Virus genome (UHGV): UHGV-0093680
DNA: 37,165 bases
Source: a virus
Reading direction: 5' to 3' (one strand)
A model generated the notes under the pieces. It did no database searches and was not told the origin of the DNA. It saw only the letters and a list, made by a program, of their open reading frames with translations. Below are positions 16,355-26,040 of this stretch, in pieces (within the stretch, counting starts at the first letter, position 1; each line of letters opens with the position of its first letter). Made by a program: the position numbers and the translations under genes.

Positions 16355-17161
16355 ATGACTCAAAACTATGAACTGATTGTGAAAGGGATCCGCAATTTTG
16401 AGAATAAAGTTACGGTAACTTTAGCGTTACGGGACAAAAAACGCTTTGACGGTGAAATTTTTGACCTGGACATCTCGCTGGACCGTGTTGAAGGTGCCGC
16501 GCTGGAGTTTTATGAGGCAGCAGCCAGAAGGAGCATCAGACAGGTCTTCCTGGATGTTGCTGCCGGGTTATGTGAAGGGGATGAGCAGTCGCCGGAAAAG
16601 CGCCCCGTAATTTTAGAGGCGCAGGATGTGTTGATAACCTGCAAAGGAAAGCTACCGGGAAGAATTACTGGTTCTCTGAAGATGCCGCCGTCAACACTGC
16701 GGTCAGAAAAAGAGGCGTCTTGTCTGCAGTCTGAGTACTCCATTACGGTTAAAAGTGCCGGAGAGGAAGGAAATAAACGTTATTTTATTGCGTCTGCACC
16801 TGATAAAGATCAGGAATGGGAGTGTAACCGGCCATCCTTTGTTGTATACGGAGATGGCGGGAAAATAACCATCTCAGAAAATGGGAAATTAACACCGCCA
16901 TCGCACCAGCATAGTGAGGCGCTCATTGAATTTGCCATTGATTACCTGAAGAACAATAAAAAGCAGGGGCTGATGAAGCGCATTGGTCATTGCATGGGAT
17001 ATCTGCAGATAGCTGCTGAGATTGAAGCGCTGGCCAGTGGTGCGGACAAGGATGCAGTTGTGCGGGAGGCTCTTCTTCGTGATTTTGATAATCCGCCCTT
17101 TAAAAAAGTGCCGGCTTACTGGTTTCATCCAGGACTGACTTATCTTAAAGGACGTATATAA
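16355..17161 (+). CDS. Unknown 268-aa protein inserted between holin and endolysin
   Basis: Starts 4 nt after the holin stop with GGGGAGAG upstream; predicted soluble; no motif recognised. Confidence 0.65.
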   Translation: MTQNYELIVKGIRNFENKVTVTLALRDKKRFDGEIFDLDISLDRVEGAALEFYEAAARRSIRQVFLDVAAGLCEGDEQSPEKRPVILEAQDVLITCKGKLPGRITGSLKMPPSTLRSEKEASCLQSEYSITVKSAGEEGNKRYFIASAPDKDQEWECNRPSFVVYGDGGKITISENGKLTPPSHQHSEALIEFAIDYLKNNKKQGLMKRIGHCMGYLQIAAEIEALASGADKDAVVREALLRDFDNPPFKKVPAYWFHPGLTYLKGRI

Positions 17162-17203
17162 GCTGGCTCGTTATCTGTTGCCGATAAATCCTGATAAATA
17201 TCC

Positions 17204-17737
17204 ATGAACACCAAAATCAAATACGGCCTGTCGGCTGCCGTTCTGGCGCTGATTGCCGCTGGTGCGCCTGCGCCTGACATTCTCGACCAGTTTCTGGATG
17301 AAAAGGAAGGTAACCACACTACGGCATACCGCGATGGTTCCGGCATCTGGACCATCTGTCGGGGTGCCACGATGGTGGATGGAAAACCCGTTTTTCCCGG
17401 TATGAAACTGTCGAAGGAAAAATGCGACCAGGTTAACGCTATTGAACGTGATAAGGCGCTGGCATGGGTGGATCGCAATATTAAAGTAACACTGACCGAA
17501 CCACAAAAAGCGGGTATCGCGTCATTTTGTCCCTATAACATTGGCCCCGGTAAGTGTTTCCCGTCGACGTTTTATAAGCGGCTGAATGCCGGTGATCGTA
17601 AGGGGGCATGCGAAGCGATTCGCTGGTGGATTAAGGATGGTGGGCGCGATTGCCGCATACGTTCAAATAACTGCTATGGGCAAGTTATTCGTCGTGACCA
17701 GGAAAACGCATTAGCCTGTTGGGGGATAGAGCAGTGA
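17204..17737 (+). CDS. R: SAR endolysin (T4-lysozyme-like fold)
   Basis: N-terminal signal-anchor-release segment [17 protein letters not shown] followed by the lysozyme catalytic region (E…D…T around [20 protein letters not shown]). Confidence 0.85.
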   Translation: MNTKIKYGLSAAVLALIAAGAPAPDILDQFLDEKEGNHTTAYRDGSGIWTICRGATMVDGKPVFPGMKLSKEKCDQVNAIERDKALAWVDRNIKVTLTEPQKAGIASFCPYNIGPGKCFPSTFYKRLNAGDRKGACEAIRWWIKDGGRDCRIRSNNCYGQVIRRDQENALACWGIEQ

Positions 17738-18171
17738 GCAGAGTCGCCGCGATTATTTATGCTCTGGTTATCTGCACCATCGTCTGCCTGTCATGGGCTG
17801 TTAATCATTACCGTGATAACGCCATCGCCTACAAAGACCAGCGCGATAAAGCCACATCTATCATCTCTGATATGCAGAAGCGTCAACGTGATGTAGCTGA
17901 ACTCGACGCCAGATACACAAAGGAGCTTGCTGATGCTAACGCGACTATCGAAAGTCTCCGTGCTGATGTTTCTGCTGGTCGTAAGCGCCTGCAAGTCGCC
18001 GCCACCTGTGCAAAGTCAACGACCGGAGCCAGCAGCATGGGCGATGGAGAAAGCCCAAGACTTACAGCAGATGCTGAACTCAATTATTACCGTCTCCGAA
18101 GTGGAATCGACAGGATAACCGCGCAGGTTAACTACCTGCAGGAATACATCAGGACGCAATGCCTGAAATAA
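17734..18171 (+). CDS. Rz: Rz i-spanin
   Basis: GTG start overlapping the endolysin stop (GTGA); N-terminal TM ([17 protein letters not shown]) and coiled coil; aligns by eye with lambda Rz (…[21 protein letters not shown]…). Confidence 0.85.
   Translation: MSRVAAIIYALVICTIVCLSWAVNHYRDNAIAYKDQRDKATSIISDMQKRQRDVAELDARYTKELADANATIESLRADVSAGRKRLQVAATCAKSTTGASSMGDGESPRLTADAELNYYRLRSGIDRITAQVNYLQEYIRTQCLK
17927..18118 (+). CDS. Rz1: Rz1 o-spanin, embedded in Rz in the +1 frame
   Basis: Lipobox LLVVSAC followed by a Pro-rich periplasmic region ([16 protein letters not shown]); entirely nested within Rz. Confidence 0.8.
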   Translation: MLMLTRLSKVSVLMFLLVVSACKSPPPVQSQRPEPAAWAMEKAQDLQQMLNSIITVSEVESTG

Positions 18172-18201
18172 TTTTTTGCAAATCACAAAGTCCATTTAAT
18201 G

Positions 18202-18228
18202 AGCCTCGCGATGCGGGGCTTTTTTTAC
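18202..18228 (+). terminator. Rho-independent terminator after the lysis cassette
   Basis: Hairpin AGCCTCGC-loop-GCGGGGCT followed by TTTTTTT, about 30 nt after the Rz stop. Confidence 0.75.
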
Positions 18229-18375
18229 ATCTGAATTTCACAGCGCATCTCACGCGCATATTACATCACCCGAGCCTTTCAGAAAGTTGAGCCTGAGAAC
18301 TGCCGTATATGGTGGCGACCATCTCGGGGCGGCTTTTCTGTGAGACAGGCTCACTTTCTAAAAGGTAAAGACGCT

Positions 18376-18864
18376 ATGAACCAATTAGAAGAAAAGCTTC
18401 AAAGAATGATTTCCTTATACAAGGAAGATAACTGCCAAAAAGTTCCTGAAAACATCGCAGAGTTAATGGAATTGGCAAGTGAATTTTCTGGCATGCTTAA
18501 GTCGTCAGGTGTTCGGTCAGCGTTCTTTGTTGAAATGCTGATGCACGGCGGACTTATGGCAACAATGAGACGTGTAATGGAAGACCAGAGAAAAGAACCT
18601 CCTCAGGTATACGTTTTGTCATCGAAGAAAACTGGGCTAACCAAAATTGGGTATTCATCCAACATTCCACAACGCATCAAATCGCTTGGCAACTCTGGAC
18701 CAGACTGCTTGAAGCTTGAGTGCCTGATCCCTGGTGGAAGAGAAACTGAAAACATGCTTCATCGCAAATTTGCCGCAAAGAGAAAGCACGGTGAATGGTT
18801 CGCCCTGTCCAAGGATGACATTGAGGGATTGAAATCTGTAGCGATTACTTCTGATGGCTATTAA
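18376..18864 (+). CDS. T5orf172 / GIY-YIG-like domain protein (putative nuclease)
   Basis: C-terminal motif block VYVLSS…LTKIGYSSNIPQRIKSLG…ETENMLHRKFAAKRKHGEWFAL fits the T5orf172 family as I recall it; ATG chosen inside ORF 18340..18864. Confidence 0.6.
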   Translation: MNQLEEKLQRMISLYKEDNCQKVPENIAELMELASEFSGMLKSSGVRSAFFVEMLMHGGLMATMRRVMEDQRKEPPQVYVLSSKKTGLTKIGYSSNIPQRIKSLGNSGPDCLKLECLIPGGRETENMLHRKFAAKRKHGEWFALSKDDIEGLKSVAITSDGY

Positions 18865-18899
18865 TGCTTGTTTAGAGCAATTTTCATAACAACTCTTCA

Positions 18900-18933
18900 T
18901 TACAAAGCCCATTTACGGGTGGGCTTGATAATG
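18900..18933. repeat. Hairpin element copy 1 (ACAAAGCCCA-loop-TGGGCTT-GATAATG)
   Basis: 7-bp stem followed by GATAATG; a second copy with the same stem and flank lies about 435 bp downstream. Confidence 0.5.
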
Positions 18934-19125
18934 AAACCGGAATTTATTCTGGGCCACCAGTTAACGGCAGTACCACGAAACAACCCAAGCCAGAAAGTGG
19001 GGAAATAACACTGGCAGCCACTGAAAGATGAACCTCCTGCCTTATGGCAAAAAAGATTCTTTGTGGTGGCGGACTGATGGAAAGACATCCGCTGAATCGA
19101 TAACGAACAAGTGGAAGATGTTGCG

Positions 19126-19296
19126 ATGGTTTCCGTAAACAAAGACCAGAAGGAAGGCGTTGAATATATCACTGGTGCTGATGGTGTGAAAAGGCCAATG
19201 GCTTATTACAAAGCGGCTGAAGAGAGGGCAAGAATGGAAAATCCCCCTAAATGCGGATCATTTTTCGACATACTGGACCTTCAATGGAAGTTGTGA
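19126..19296 (+). CDS. Hypothetical small protein (about 56 aa)
   Basis: ORF 19111..19296 with an in-frame ATG after GGAAG; followed by a terminator. Confidence 0.35.
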   Translation: MVSVNKDQKEGVEYITGADGVKRPMAYYKAAEERARMENPPKCGSFFDILDLQWKL

Positions 19297-19301
19297 ACAA
19301 C

Positions 19302-19330
19302 TAACAGGTCGCCCAGGCGGCCTTTTTTAT
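19302..19330 (+). terminator. Rho-independent terminator
   Basis: Hairpin AGGTCGC-CCAG-GCGGCCT followed by TTTTTTATT. Confidence 0.6.
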
Positions 19331-19335
19331 TGCTA

Positions 19336-19373
19336 TCACAAAAGCCATTCCTTACTGAGTGGCTTTGATAATG
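19336..19373. repeat. Hairpin element copy 2 (ACAAAAGCCA-loop-TGGCTTT-GATAATG)
   Basis: Same stem sequence and 3' GATAATG flank as copy 1, with a different loop. Confidence 0.5.
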
Positions 19374-19435
19374 GCTTATACCCTACACGGGATAACTTAA
19401 CTGATATCCCTTTTAACGGATAAACGGAGCCAACA

Positions 19436-19678
19436 ATGGCAGAGATTATTCCCATGACTGAAGAACAGAAATTCCAGTTAGAGATTTACAAACTGGTCAT
19501 GAACCAGAACGCAGCCGCAGAAGAAGCATTTCAATTCATTGGCACTGACGAACTGAAGCTTGAGCTATTCAAAATTCACTTCCAGTCAGGCGGCGCTAAT
19601 TCGGATATCACGACCCGCACTATCGAAGCGGTGCGTAAATCGAAGGAAGCGTTAGACCTGTTCACTACCGGAGCATAA
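19436..19678 (+). CDS. Hypothetical protein (80 aa) upstream of the small terminase
   Basis: ORF with GGAG upstream; stop 2 nt before the terS ATG. Confidence 0.5.
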   Translation: MAEIIPMTEEQKFQLEIYKLVMNQNAAAEEAFQFIGTDELKLELFKIHFQSGGANSDITTRTIEAVRKSKEALDLFTTGA

Positions 19679-19680
19679 AC

Positions 19681-20121
19681 ATGGCGCGCCCAACGAAGTA
19701 TCAAGAGGCGTATGCCGAACAGGCACGCAAACTGTGCTTGCTGGGCTGTACAGACGCCGAACTCGCGGACTTCTTTGAAGTTAGCGAGGCAACAATCAAC
19801 AATTGGAAATTGGAATATCCGGAGTTTTTAGAGTCCATAAAAAAGGGTAAGGCAGTCGCTGATGCAGAAGTTAGTGATCGTCTTTATCAACGCGCTATGG
19901 GCTTCGTGGCTCCAGACATCGATATTCGTGTTATTGAAAACAGAATTGTCGAAACTCCTCTTGAGAAGTATTACCCGCCTGATACAACAGCTGCCATCTT
20001 CTGGCTTAAGAACCGACAGAAGGATAAATGGCGCGACAAGGTTGATCACGAGCTAACAGGCAAAGACGGCGGCGCAATCCAGATTGAAACATCACCGATG
20101 AGCACTCTATTCGGAAAATGA
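19681..20121 (+). CDS. Terminase small subunit (Sf6 gp1-like C-terminus)
   Basis: C-terminal tail …ELTGKDGGAIQIETSPMSTLFGK matches the Sf6 small-terminase C-terminus as recalled; N-terminal HTH-like domain; ATGA overlap with terL. Confidence 0.75.
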   Translation: MARPTKYQEAYAEQARKLCLLGCTDAELADFFEVSEATINNWKLEYPEFLESIKKGKAVADAEVSDRLYQRAMGFVAPDIDIRVIENRIVETPLEKYYPPDTTAAIFWLKNRQKDKWRDKVDHELTGKDGGAIQIETSPMSTLFGK

Positions 20122-21533
20122 CCTCGATTAATCCTATCTTTGAACCGTTCATTGAGGCGCATCGCTACAAAGTCGCCAAAGGTGGTCGAGGTAGCGGTAA
20201 GTCATGGGCAATTGCGAGGCTGCTTGTTGAAGCGGCGCGTCGTCAGCCAGTGCGTATTCTCTGCGCTCGTGAACTGCAAAACAGTATCAGCGATTCGGTA
20301 ATCCGGCTGCTTGAAGACACCATAGAGCGTGAAGGGTATACGGCTGAGTTTGAAATTCAGCGTTCCATGATTCGTCATCTCGGAACAAATGCTGAATTCA
20401 TGTTCTATGGCATCAAAAACAACCCGACGAAGATTAAATCGCTCGAAGGCATTGATATCTGCTGGGTGGAAGAAGCGGAAGCGGTAACAAAGGAATCGTG
20501 GGATATCCTGATCCCAACCATCCGTAAGCCGTTCTCTGAAATATGGGTGAGCTTTAACCCGAAGAACATCCTCGACGATACCTATCAGCGATTCGTTGTA
20601 AATCCTCCCGATGATATTTGTCTGCTGACGGTGAACTACACCGACAATCCGCATTTTCCTGAAGTTCTCCGTCTGGAGATGGAAGAGTGTAAACGCAGAA
20701 ATCCGACACTGTATCGTCACATCTGGCTTGGTGAGCCAGTGAGCGCAAGTGATATGGCAATCATCAAACGTGAATGGCTTGAAGCCGCAACCGATGCGCA
20801 CAAGAAACTCGGATGGAAAGCGAAAGGCGCTGTTGTCTCTGCGCATGACCCATCAGATACAGGGCCAGATGCTAAAGGTTATGCATCGCGTCACGGTTCG
20901 GTAGTTAAGCGCATTGCCGAAGGTCTGCTGATGGACATCAACGAGGGTGCTGACTGGGCTACTTCGCTGGCGATTGAAGACGGCGCTGACCATTACCTGT
21001 GGGATGGTGATGGTGTTGGTGCCGGGCTACGCAGACAGACAACGGAAGCGTTCTCCGGCAAGAAAATCACCGCCACGATGTTCAAGGGCAGCGAATCGCC
21101 ATTCGATGAAGATGCACCGTATCAAGCCGGAGCATGGGCTGATGAAGTCGTACAGGGTGACAACGTTCGCACTATTGGCGATGTGTTCCGCAATAAGCGA
21201 GCGCAATTCTATTACGCGCTGGCTGACAGGCTGTATCTGACATATCGGGCGGTTGTTCACGGTGAGTATGCAGACCCCGACGACATGCTGAGTTTCGACA
21301 AAGAAGCGATAGGCGAGAAGATGCTGGAGAAGCTATTTGCAGAACTGACGCAGATTCAGCGCAAATTCAATAACAACGGGAAGCTGGAGCTTATGACTAA
21401 GGTCGAAATGAAGCAGAAGCTCGGTATTCCATCTCCTAACCTGGCTGATGCGCTGATGATGTGTATGCATTGCCCGGAGTCGGCTGCGCAACCCGACTAT
21501 TCCAGTTACTCAATTCCTTGTGGTGTAGGTTGA
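20118..21533 (+). CDS. Terminase large subunit (Sf6/P22 type)
   Basis: Walker A KGGRGSGKS near the N-terminus and Walker B ICWVEE; 471 aa; N-terminus MTSINPIFEPFIEAHRYKVAKGGRGSGKSWAIARLL resembles Sf6 gp2 as recalled. Confidence 0.9.
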   Translation: MTSINPIFEPFIEAHRYKVAKGGRGSGKSWAIARLLVEAARRQPVRILCARELQNSISDSVIRLLEDTIEREGYTAEFEIQRSMIRHLGTNAEFMFYGIKNNPTKIKSLEGIDICWVEEAEAVTKESWDILIPTIRKPFSEIWVSFNPKNILDDTYQRFVVNPPDDICLLTVNYTDNPHFPEVLRLEMEECKRRNPTLYRHIWLGEPVSASDMAIIKREWLEAATDAHKKLGWKAKGAVVSAHDPSDTGPDAKGYASRHGSVVKRIAEGLLMDINEGADWATSLAIEDGADHYLWDGDGVGAGLRRQTTEAFSGKKITATMFKGSESPFDEDAPYQAGAWADEVVQGDNVRTIGDVFRNKRAQFYYALADRLYLTYRAVVHGEYADPDDMLSFDKEAIGEKMLEKLFAELTQIQRKFNNNGKLELMTKVEMKQKLGIPSPNLADALMMCMHCPESAAQPDYSSYSIPCGVG

Positions 21534-21534
21534 T

Positions 21535-23733
21535 ATGGCTGAAAAAAAGATGACTGACTGGCATCGCAGGGTGCTGTGCAACTTTGATAATGCCTGGTCA
21601 GCAACGCAGGATATGCGTGAGCAGATTATTGAGGCTCAACGTTTCGTCCGGGTATCCGGCGCACAGTGGGAAGGCAGCACAAACGCTGGTTACTCATTTG
21701 ATGAAGGCAGGTTTGAGCATTACCCGCGCTTTGAACTGAATAAGATTTCCCGTGAATGTGATCGCATCATTGGCGAGTATCGACAGAATCGCATCAGCGT
21801 TAAATTCAGGCCGAAGGACGATAAGGCATCGGAAGCGTTAGCCGAAAAGATGAACGGAAAATTCCGCGCTGACTATCAGGAAACATCCGGTGGCGAAGCG
21901 TGTGATAACGCATTTGATGATGCTGTAACGGGCGGATTCGGTTGTTTCCGCATGTGTGCCGATTACGAAGATGAAATGGATCCGAGTAACGAGCAACGCC
22001 GTATAAGCCTTCTCCCGGTTTACGACCCAGCGACATGCGTCTTCTTCGATCAGGACAGCAAGCAATATGACCGCTCTGATGCTATGTGGGCTATGGAAAT
22101 GTTCTCCATGACGCCTAAAGCGTTCGAGGCTGAATACCCTGATTCCATCGCGGCAAGTCTTTCTCGTGATGACACTGGCACTCAATATGACTGGTCAACT
22201 CCTGATGCTATCTATGTTGGTCGCTACTACGAAGTTCGCATAGAGAAGGTGAAGCTCACAGCATGGCGTAACCCTGTTAGCGGAGAAACGGCAATCTATG
22301 ATGAAGAGCAAATCAAAGATATTGTCGACGAGCTGACCGATGGTGCATTCGAACTGATTGGTGAGCGGACAGTGAAGAAACGCCGAGTTTATTGCGGTCT
22401 TCTGTCTGGCGCTGAATGGCTGGAAGAACCGAAGCGTATTCCGGGCGAACATATTCCTCTCATCCCGGTATATGGGCGTCGTTCATTTGTTGATAATCAG
22501 GAGCGAATCGAAGGCCACGCAGCAAAAGCGATGGATGCACAGCGTCTTGAGAACCTGATGGTTTCCATGATTGCAGATAACGCTACTCAGGCTGGCGGTG
22601 ATGGCATTCCTGTAGTTGATGTTGACATGATTCCTGGTCCTCTTGCCACTCATTGGGCGGAGCGCAACAAAAAGCGCCCGGCGTTCCTGCCGATGGTCAG
22701 TCTGAAAAACAAAAACGGAGATATTACTGCGCAGGCTCAGGTCAGCAGTTATACACCTCCGACACAAATGCCTCCAGCTCTTGCCGGGCTATTGCAGTAC
22801 ACCGGAACGGCTATTCAGCAAATTACAGGTGCGTCGCAGTTTGAGAACATGCCGAGCAACGTCGCCACCGATACCGTTGATAGCATCTTTAACCGGATGG
22901 ACACGCAGTCCTATATCTACATGGACAACATGGCTAAATCCATGCGCCGCGCTGGCGTTGTGTGGCTTTCTATGGCGCGTGAGGTCTATGGCAGTGATAC
23001 GCCGATGCGTATCGTTAATGAGGACGGCAGCGATGACGTGGCGCTGATGACTGGTGAAGTGGTTGACCGTCAGACAGGGCAGGTTATCGCGCTTAATGAC
23101 CTTTCGCAGGGCAACTATGAAGTGACTGTCGATGTCGGTCAGTCGTTCGCTACTCGCCGTGATGCAACGGTTAAGTCGTTACTTTCCATGCTGGCACTTA
23201 TCCCACCAGGAACGCAGAAGCACGACCTTGTATCGTCGATGATTCTCGACAATATGGACGGCGAAGGGATGGACGACCTTAAAGAATACAACCGCAATCA
23301 GTTGCTTCTGTCTGGCGTTATCAAGCCGAGAACGCCTGAAGAACAGCAGATGGTTGAACAGGCGAAACAACAACAGGCCAGTCAGCCAGATCCGGCTATG
23401 GTTGCAGCGCAAGGTCAACTTCTTGCTGGTCAGGCTGAATTGCAGAAAGCGCAGAACGAACAGGCAGCTATTCAGGTTAAAGCATTCCAGGCACAGACGG
23501 ATGCTCAGGTTGCTGCGGCAAATGTTGTGAAAATCCTCGCATCTGCCGATAGCCAGCAGAAATCTGATATCCGCGAGGCTCTGAAACTGCTCGGACAGTT
23601 CCAGCAACAGCAAGGAGATAACGCCCGTGCTGATGCAGAGCTTGTCCTGAAAAGTCAGGCACAGGGCCATGCACAACGAATGGACATCAGCAGCATCCTG
23701 CAAAAATCAACCCAGCAACAACCACAGCAGTAA
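21535..23733 (+). CDS. Portal protein (P22 gp1-like)
   Basis: 732 aa; blocks …KRRVYCGLLSGAEWLEE…GEHIPLIPVYG… and the Gln-rich C-terminal barrel region align by eye with the P22 portal. Confidence 0.9.
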   Translation: MAEKKMTDWHRRVLCNFDNAWSATQDMREQIIEAQRFVRVSGAQWEGSTNAGYSFDEGRFEHYPRFELNKISRECDRIIGEYRQNRISVKFRPKDDKASEALAEKMNGKFRADYQETSGGEACDNAFDDAVTGGFGCFRMCADYEDEMDPSNEQRRISLLPVYDPATCVFFDQDSKQYDRSDAMWAMEMFSMTPKAFEAEYPDSIAASLSRDDTGTQYDWSTPDAIYVGRYYEVRIEKVKLTAWRNPVSGETAIYDEEQIKDIVDELTDGAFELIGERTVKKRRVYCGLLSGAEWLEEPKRIPGEHIPLIPVYGRRSFVDNQERIEGHAAKAMDAQRLENLMVSMIADNATQAGGDGIPVVDVDMIPGPLATHWAERNKKRPAFLPMVSLKNKNGDITAQAQVSSYTPPTQMPPALAGLLQYTGTAIQQITGASQFENMPSNVATDTVDSIFNRMDTQSYIYMDNMAKSMRRAGVVWLSMAREVYGSDTPMRIVNEDGSDDVALMTGEVVDRQTGQVIALNDLSQGNYEVTVDVGQSFATRRDATVKSLLSMLALIPPGTQKHDLVSSMILDNMDGEGMDDLKEYNRNQLLLSGVIKPRTPEEQQMVEQAKQQQASQPDPAMVAAQGQLLAGQAELQKAQNEQAAIQVKAFQAQTDAQVAAANVVKILASADSQQKSDIREALKLLGQFQQQQGDNARADAELVLKSQAQGHAQRMDISSILQKSTQQQPQQ

Positions 23734-23823
23734 TTAACCAATAACGTGCAATGGCTGTCTTTATGAGGCCTGGCACCCTATTGCCTTCCGATGGGCTGAA
23801 CATCGAGTAAACAGGGGTAACAA

Positions 23824-24720
23824 ATGGACCAGATGGCAGAAAACACACCAGAAGTTGAAATAGAAACCGATACATCAGAGCAGATTCCTGATGATGTCGA
23901 ACTGGCTGAAGAAGTCGAAACAGAAGATGGCAGTGAGTCCTCCGGCAATGATGCAGAGGAAGCTACTGAAACTGATGACGACGAATCAGAACAGGAATTC
24001 TACTTTGGTGACGAAAAGCTGGATTCGCCAACCAGCGAAGATGGCGCTGAGCATGGACTGGTAAAACACCTGCGCAAGACGATTAAAGAGAAAGACCGCG
24101 AGCTGAAAGAGCTGATGCGTCAGTCTCAGAAACCCGTCGAGCAGCAGCCGGTAATCACTCAACCACCGCGAATGCCAAAACTGGACGATGAGGACATCGG
24201 TTTTGATGAAGAAATCTACCAGCAACGCATGGCTAAGTGGGCAGAGGATAACGGCAAATACCAGGAGCAAGTACGAGAGCGGAAACGAGAGGAAGAGGCG
24301 CGTACCGCAACGCTTCAGCAGAAAGCAGCCAATTACATGCATAGAGTAAAAGCACTGAAAGTGGCTGGTTACCAGGATGCAGAGCAGGCTGTACGCGAAG
24401 ATGTTCCTGTTCACATTCAGGACATGATCCTTCTTGAGTCAGAGAAGCCGGAAATCGTTGTTCTGGCACTCGGTCGCAACGCTGAACTGCGCAAGCAACT
24501 GGCAGAAGCTACCAACCCCGTAGCAATTGGTCGTCTGCTGGAACGTATCGAATCGAAGGCCAGAATCATGCCAAAAGCAAAAACCACGGCAGCCACAACC
24601 CCGACAGTTAAGGGGAGCAACGGCGCAGTAATCAATAACCTCGACAAACTTCTCGAAAAAGCGCGCGACACCGGTGATTACACCGAATACCGGGCGGCGA
24701 AGAACAAAGCTAAAAAATAA
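23824..24720 (+). CDS. Scaffolding protein
   Basis: 298 aa, highly acidic N-terminus and charged helical C-terminus, lying between portal and coat as in P22-like phages. Confidence 0.65.
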   Translation: MDQMAENTPEVEIETDTSEQIPDDVELAEEVETEDGSESSGNDAEEATETDDDESEQEFYFGDEKLDSPTSEDGAEHGLVKHLRKTIKEKDRELKELMRQSQKPVEQQPVITQPPRMPKLDDEDIGFDEEIYQQRMAKWAEDNGKYQEQVRERKREEEARTATLQQKAANYMHRVKALKVAGYQDAEQAVREDVPVHIQDMILLESEKPEIVVLALGRNAELRKQLAEATNPVAIGRLLERIESKARIMPKAKTTAATTPTVKGSNGAVINNLDKLLEKARDTGDYTEYRAAKNKAKK

Positions 24721-24740
24721 TCCATCGGAGCTAAATACCT

Positions 24741-26000
24741 ATGTCTAACCAGTTAACAAAAGACCTCGAAATCCTCTTTGAGAGCGTCATTGATAGTTTT
24801 GAGGCGTCCAATGTCGTTTCCCGCGAGTGCAGCAAGTTCCGACCGGGCGACATTGAAATGCAGCGCGCTGGCGACGTTGTTTATCGCCCTCAGGGCTACC
24901 ACCTGAAAACCGTGAGCGGACTTGATCTGACTTCGGCCACTGCAAACTCACTCGTTCAGCGTCAGGTGCCTGCTCGCTTCCGCGAGCCAGAGAACGTCAT
25001 CTACGAACTGGACGCAAAAGAAATGCGCGATCCGTGGCACAAAGAGCAGGCTGGCAAGGCGGCGGGTCGCCAGTTGGCGGCGTGGGTTGATAACATGATC
25101 GTCGATGAGGTGGTCGCTCGCTCCACCAACGTGGTCACCATTAAATCGGCGTCCACCGGTAGCACTCTCGGCGAAGAACTCTGGAACGCATCGGCTGACG
25201 TTGATGCAATGATGCTGTCCATTGGTGTGCCTCAGGGTGGTCAGCGCAAGGCGTTCTACAACCCGTTCAACTACAAAGACCTGGCTAAGGAGCTTGGCTC
25301 TCGCGCATATGCGGTCGGTGCAACTCTGACAGCCTATGAGAAAGCTCAGATTCCACCTGTGGCATCCTTCGACAGTTTCCGCGTTGATTATGCTGGCGCA
25401 ATGAAGGCTGGTTCAGCTACCGCTGTAACTCTCGGCGGCGCAGTAAAACACAAAGTTACCGCGATGGATTCCAACGGCGCGCCTACCGATAACCGCCAGG
25501 GTGACATCACCGTATCCACTGCTGGCGTACTGGCTGTCGGCGATGCATTCACTATCGCAGGCGTTAACAGTGTCCACATGATCAAGAAGGTGGATACAGG
25601 TAAGCCGCAGGTATTCCGCGTCCTGGCAGTAAATGGCACTACCGTTACCATCAGCCCGAAAATTCTGCCACCAGACAACGCGGATAAGGCGTCTATTCCT
25701 TACCAGAACGTTACCGCCAATCCGGTGGCAAACGCGGCGATCACCATCCTCAACAAGAAGGCTGCGGCTTCCAACATCTTCTTCGCTGAGGGTTCTGTTG
25801 AGCTGATGTATGGCAAGTTGGCATTCCCTACCGGCCAGGGTCCGCAGGTTATGACCGCAACGACCGAGCAGGGTGCGACCATCATCATGGCTTACCAATT
25901 CGACGCTAAATCTGGCAAAACGTGGACTCGCTTCACCACGCTGGCTGGCGCAAGCGTACTGGTCCCGGAATTCACCGGCCTGGTATTGGCTAACCAGTAA
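24741..26000 (+). CDS. Major capsid (coat) protein
   Basis: 419 aa ORF directly after the scaffold gene and followed by a strong terminator; size and position match a P22/Sf6-type coat gene. Confidence 0.7.
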   Translation: MSNQLTKDLEILFESVIDSFEASNVVSRECSKFRPGDIEMQRAGDVVYRPQGYHLKTVSGLDLTSATANSLVQRQVPARFREPENVIYELDAKEMRDPWHKEQAGKAAGRQLAAWVDNMIVDEVVARSTNVVTIKSASTGSTLGEELWNASADVDAMMLSIGVPQGGQRKAFYNPFNYKDLAKELGSRAYAVGATLTAYEKAQIPPVASFDSFRVDYAGAMKAGSATAVTLGGAVKHKVTAMDSNGAPTDNRQGDITVSTAGVLAVGDAFTIAGVNSVHMIKKVDTGKPQVFRVLAVNGTTVTISPKILPPDNADKASIPYQNVTANPVANAAITILNKKAAASNIFFAEGSVELMYGKLAFPTGQGPQVMTATTEQGATIIMAYQFDAKSGKTWTRFTTLAGASVLVPEFTGLVLANQ

Positions 26001-26004
26001 TCCA

Positions 26005-26030
26005 AGGGGCTTCGGCCCCTCTTTTTTTTT
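26005..26030 (+). terminator. Rho-independent terminator after the coat gene
   Basis: Hairpin AGGGGC-UUCG-GCCCCU followed by CTTTTTTTTT. Confidence 0.85.
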
Positions 26031-26040
26031 GGAGATCGAA

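Noticed and set aside
20202-26000. Long antisense ORFs inside the terminase, portal and coat genes (for example 20202..20846, 23179..23703, 25413..25898)
   Set aside because: All lie within strongly supported structural genes on the opposite strand; treated as shadows.
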